Source: Candidatus Heimdallarchaeota archaeon
GTDB taxonomy: Archaea; Asgardarchaeota; Heimdallarchaeia; Heimdallarchaeales; Heimdallarchaeaceae
DNA length: 64,000 nucleotides
Assembly (NCBI GenBank): GCA_019057815.1
Contig: JAHLWR010000008.1
Location: 32,001-96,000 of the forward strand
Direction of reading: 5' to 3'
How positions within the stretch are numbered: the first letter of the stretch is position 1; each line of letters opens with the position of its first letter. Below are positions 61,223 to 64,000 of this stretch, piece after piece. The notes beneath the pieces are model-generated. The model saw only the letters and a list, made by a program, of their open reading frames with translations. It was not told the DNA's origin and did no database searches. The translations under genes were made by a program, and so were the position numbers.

Positions 61223-61500
61223 TTTTCCACCTTTCGTTCTCTAGATTCTGTAAGTATTTTCACTGATATCCCTCTTCCTAAAGCAAAACGAGTCTGTCCA
61301 ATAGCAATAATAACAGGACCAAAAGAATTTTTGATGACTGTTACATCTATTCCCTCACGAAGACCCATCTCATTAATACGATTACGTAAACGAGTACCAC
61401 CGCTAATAGAAACGATTCTTACTTTCTTACCTTCAGATACAAATCCGAGGGGAACAAGAATTTCATTGTTCATAGTTTTAATGACCTCTTTAGTTAACAT
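61219..61500 (-). CDS. feoA: FeoA
   Basis: RINEMGLREG, GPVII, FALGRG. Confidence 0.92.
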   Translation of the reverse strand: MLTKEVIKTMNNEILVPLGFVSEGKKVRIVSISGGTRLRNRINEMGLREGIDVTVIKNSFGPVIIAIGQTRFALGRGISVKILTESRERKVEK

Positions 61501-61730
61501 TCAACAATCACCTTGCTTGCTTCTTCCTTCCGAAGAGTCAAATTGTAATTCCTAAATTTGTACTCTATTGGGTCACCAAGAGGAGCTTTTCCAATTACTC
61601 TGATTTCTGTATTTCGTGTTAAACCCATTTCCATGAGCTTGCGTCTCAAATCGCCTGATGTACCTATTTTTACTATTTTAGCTACATCTCCAACTTCTAG
61701 TTGATCCAATGTAATTTCTTTATCAGTCAT
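61494..61730 (-). CDS. feoA: FeoA
   Basis: KLMEMGL, APLGDP, LRKEEA. Confidence 0.95.
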   Translation of the reverse strand: MTDKEITLDQLEVGDVAKIVKIGTSGDLRRKLMEMGLTRNTEIRVIGKAPLGDPIEYKFRNYNLTLRKEEASKVIVEC

Positions 61731-61755
61731 TAAATCACTTCAATTATTGTAAAAA

Positions 61756-61792
61756 TTTCGGTAGACCGAATATTTATTTCGGTAGACCGAAA
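61756..61792. promoter_or_regulatory. Tandem palindromic operators TTCGGTAGACCGAA (likely DtxR-family boxes)
   Basis: Two identical copies 21 bp apart (61757-61770 and 61778-61791), between the feoA start and a TATA-like element near 61803-61810; dtxR is divergent. Confidence 0.85.
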
Positions 61793-61946
61793 AACTGTCT
61801 AGTATATAAAATTTGTCCCATTTTGGGTTATAACCCAAAAGAATTTAAAATGTAGCTGGATTTATAGATAACGAAGTACAAAAGTAATAAGCTAACTATA
61901 AAAACAAGTAATTCAATATTTATATGTTTAACTCTGGCGAACTCAT

Positions 61947-62399
61947 ATGACGACAGTTAGAATAGAAGAATACATCGAAATAATTTATATTATTTGTTCA
62001 GGAAAAAAAATTGCGAAAATTAGTGACATAAAGAATAAAATGAGACTAAATAGCCTTGCTACAGTAACAGAAATGGTTCAAAAACTGGATGATGAAAAGC
62101 TAGTCAAGTATGAGAAGTATAGGGGAGTTACTTTAACTAGAAGGGGATTTAAACTAGGAAAACAACTTATAGAAACGCACAAATCTATTGAAGAGCTTTT
62201 TAAAATTATTAATATTAGAAGTTCAATTGCATCAAATGATGCTTGTTTGGTTGAACATATAATTTCTAAGGAAACAGCAAAAGCGATAAAAAAATTCGTA
62301 GAATTTGCTCAGAAAGAGGAGAATAAAGATATTTTAGAAAGGTTAGATGATTACTATTCAAAATCAAGCAAAAAGAGAAAAAGAGAAAATACAAGGTAA
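61947..62399 (+). CDS. DtxR/MntR-family metal-dependent repressor
   Basis: EEYIEIIY, TVTEMVQKL, YEKYRGVTLT, DACLVEH. Confidence 0.93.
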   Translation: MTTVRIEEYIEIIYIICSGKKIAKISDIKNKMRLNSLATVTEMVQKLDDEKLVKYEKYRGVTLTRRGFKLGKQLIETHKSIEELFKIINIRSSIASNDACLVEHIISKETAKAIKKFVEFAQKEENKDILERLDDYYSKSSKKRKRENTR

Positions 62400-62513
62400 A
62401 AATACTTTTACCCAAATGAATTTGCTCTTTTGATCATTTCTTCTTGTTTGTTTATACAATGAATCAAAAAACAGAGAAAAATGTTTTATAAGAAAATTGA
62501 TTTAATTGTTATT

Positions 62514-63149
62514 ATGAGTATTAAAGATCTATATCGGCTTAATAGGAAAGACGTTTTACGAGCTGCAAATGTGCATGCAAGAGCGTTCCATAATGATCCC
62601 TTAGTTTGTCTTATGTATCCTAATGATGAAGAAAGAAAAAAACTATCTCCTTATCTTTGGAAATTTCTCATACTCGATGGTCTAAGATATGGTGAAGTTT
62701 ATGCACCCACTAGCAAATTGGAAGGAGTTGCTAAATGGTTACCGCCTAAAAGAGAACACATTGGAATTTGGCGTGCTATTAGAAGTGGAGCTCTTACCAT
62801 GGTAATAAAAACGGCTAAACAAAAAGATGAGAGGAGAATTTCAATAAGAAAAATAGAAGAAATAACAGATTACATTACAGATATCCACAAAAAACTTGTA
62901 TCTGAACCTCATTGGTATTTAGCATCTATTGGTGTAGATTCAGATAATCAAGGAAAGGGTTTTGGAAGTAAGCTAATGAAACCAATGTTAGAACGAATTG
63001 AGAGAGAGGGATATCTAGTATACCTAGAAACTAACCATGAAGGAAATATTGACCTGTACAAGCACCTTGGCTTTGAAGTAACTGATGAATGTTTAGTACC
63101 AGAAACAAATATGAAGAACTGGGCTATGATAAAGTACCCTAAGTCTTAA
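62514..63149 (+). CDS. GNAT acetyltransferase
   Basis: AFHNDP, HWYLASIGV...QGKGFG, YLET, LYKHLGF. Confidence 0.9.
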   Translation: MSIKDLYRLNRKDVLRAANVHARAFHNDPLVCLMYPNDEERKKLSPYLWKFLILDGLRYGEVYAPTSKLEGVAKWLPPKREHIGIWRAIRSGALTMVIKTAKQKDERRISIRKIEEITDYITDIHKKLVSEPHWYLASIGVDSDNQGKGFGSKLMKPMLERIEREGYLVYLETNHEGNIDLYKHLGFEVTDECLVPETNMKNWAMIKYPKS

Positions 63150-63197
63150 TATTCTGTTCATTCTATTTTAAACATTTTATCTTCTATTTTATTTTGT

Positions 63198-63734
63198 TTA
63201 ACTTGTCTTCTTAAAAATCAAAATTCTCTTCGATTCTTCAACAAACTCAAACTTACCATCTTTTGTAATTTCCTTAATTATTCTACCCTTAGATAGCCTT
63301 GATCTCTGTATTGAAATAATTCCTTCATCTTTTAAGATTCTATGCATCTCAGCAACTACTTTGTCAATAAATTTTACTAGTGAATGAATAACACCAAAGA
63401 AGAATACTAAATCAATACTATTATCTTCTAAAGCTGATTGGGTAACATCATCTAACAAGACTTTAACATTCTTGACTCCTGCATCTCTAATCTTCTGCTC
63501 GACTTTTTTTGCTGCAAAAGAATTAATATCAGTAGCGTAAACAAATCCTTCTTCCCCTACTATTCTAGCTGCGGGAAGAGTAAAGAAACCTGGACCACAA
63601 CCTACTTCTAAAACATGCTGTCCTGATTTCAATCCTGCTGGAATAAGCAGTTTATTTGGTTTCATGAAAATACCATACATTTTATCATGTATGAAGGAGA
63701 TAAAAGCAAATTCGATTCTATCATGTAAGGACAT
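63198..63734 (-). CDS. Class I SAM-dependent methyltransferase
   Basis: VLEVGCGPG, TDI, RILK. Confidence 0.9.
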   Translation of the reverse strand: MSLHDRIEFAFISFIHDKMYGIFMKPNKLLIPAGLKSGQHVLEVGCGPGFFTLPAARIVGEEGFVYATDINSFAAKKVEQKIRDAGVKNVKVLLDDVTQSALEDNSIDLVFFFGVIHSLVKFIDKVVAEMHRILKDEGIISIQRSRLSKGRIIKEITKDGKFEFVEESKRILIFKKTS

Positions 63735-64000
63735 ATTTTATCGAGATATTTTGTACATACATCAATAAAAATGCTCTTATTCGTTTTGAATCAATAAATT
63801 ACATATACTAATATTAAGATGAGAAATTGTAAATCCTTTTAGAAATCTGCAATAAACAAAGAAAAAAAGATACAGTTATCACTGATAGTATAGTGTGATA
63901 AATACACTAAATAATTTTATAGGATAAATATCTACGTTGTACTTATGCTCTTTTAGATATAAGGAGAAATAAATTGCAGATAGAAAAAGATTATCTGTAT

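Noticed and set aside
1-64000. tRNA, rRNA, autonomous transposase or integrase genes
   Set aside because: None recognised by eye in this window.

Overview
AT-rich archaeal DNA, most likely from an Asgard archaeon (Heimdallarchaeia-like). That assignment is an inference from an actin-family gene, two TPR proteins with longin-like C-termini, a 7TM protein with a longin/uDENN-like tail, C-terminally anchored surface proteins and oligo-T terminators. Housekeeping content is dominated by peptide scavenging (family-5 solute-binding proteins, TldD/TldE, M32, M24, two M20 peptidases, serine hydrolases), redox and iron genes (Nuo/Mbs-like BCDI module, FprA, Grx-TrxR fusion, Dps-like ferritin, feoAAB-x-feoC with DtxR and tandem operators) and two-component-type signalling. 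Main highlights: (1) a defence island at about 27.5-36.3 kb with a short prokaryotic Argonaute coupled to a PD-(D/E)xK nuclease-APAZ partner, followed co-directionally by a PARIS-like ATPase/DUF4435 pair, plus a second ATPase/TOPRIM-like pair and HicAB; (2) a 368-bp non-coding, hairpin-rich insertion that splits a serine hydrolase gene, duplicates a 3-bp core (ACG) and carries internal complements of its own target flanks and junctions, making it a candidate RNA-guided miniature mobile element; (3) a divergent actin with an N-terminal Zn-ribbon and an 18-bp repeat array upstream; (4) tandem, circularly permuted family-5 solute-binding proteins; (5) a CWH43/PGAP2IP-like membrane protein. All family calls come from motif recognition by eye; no database searches were run.
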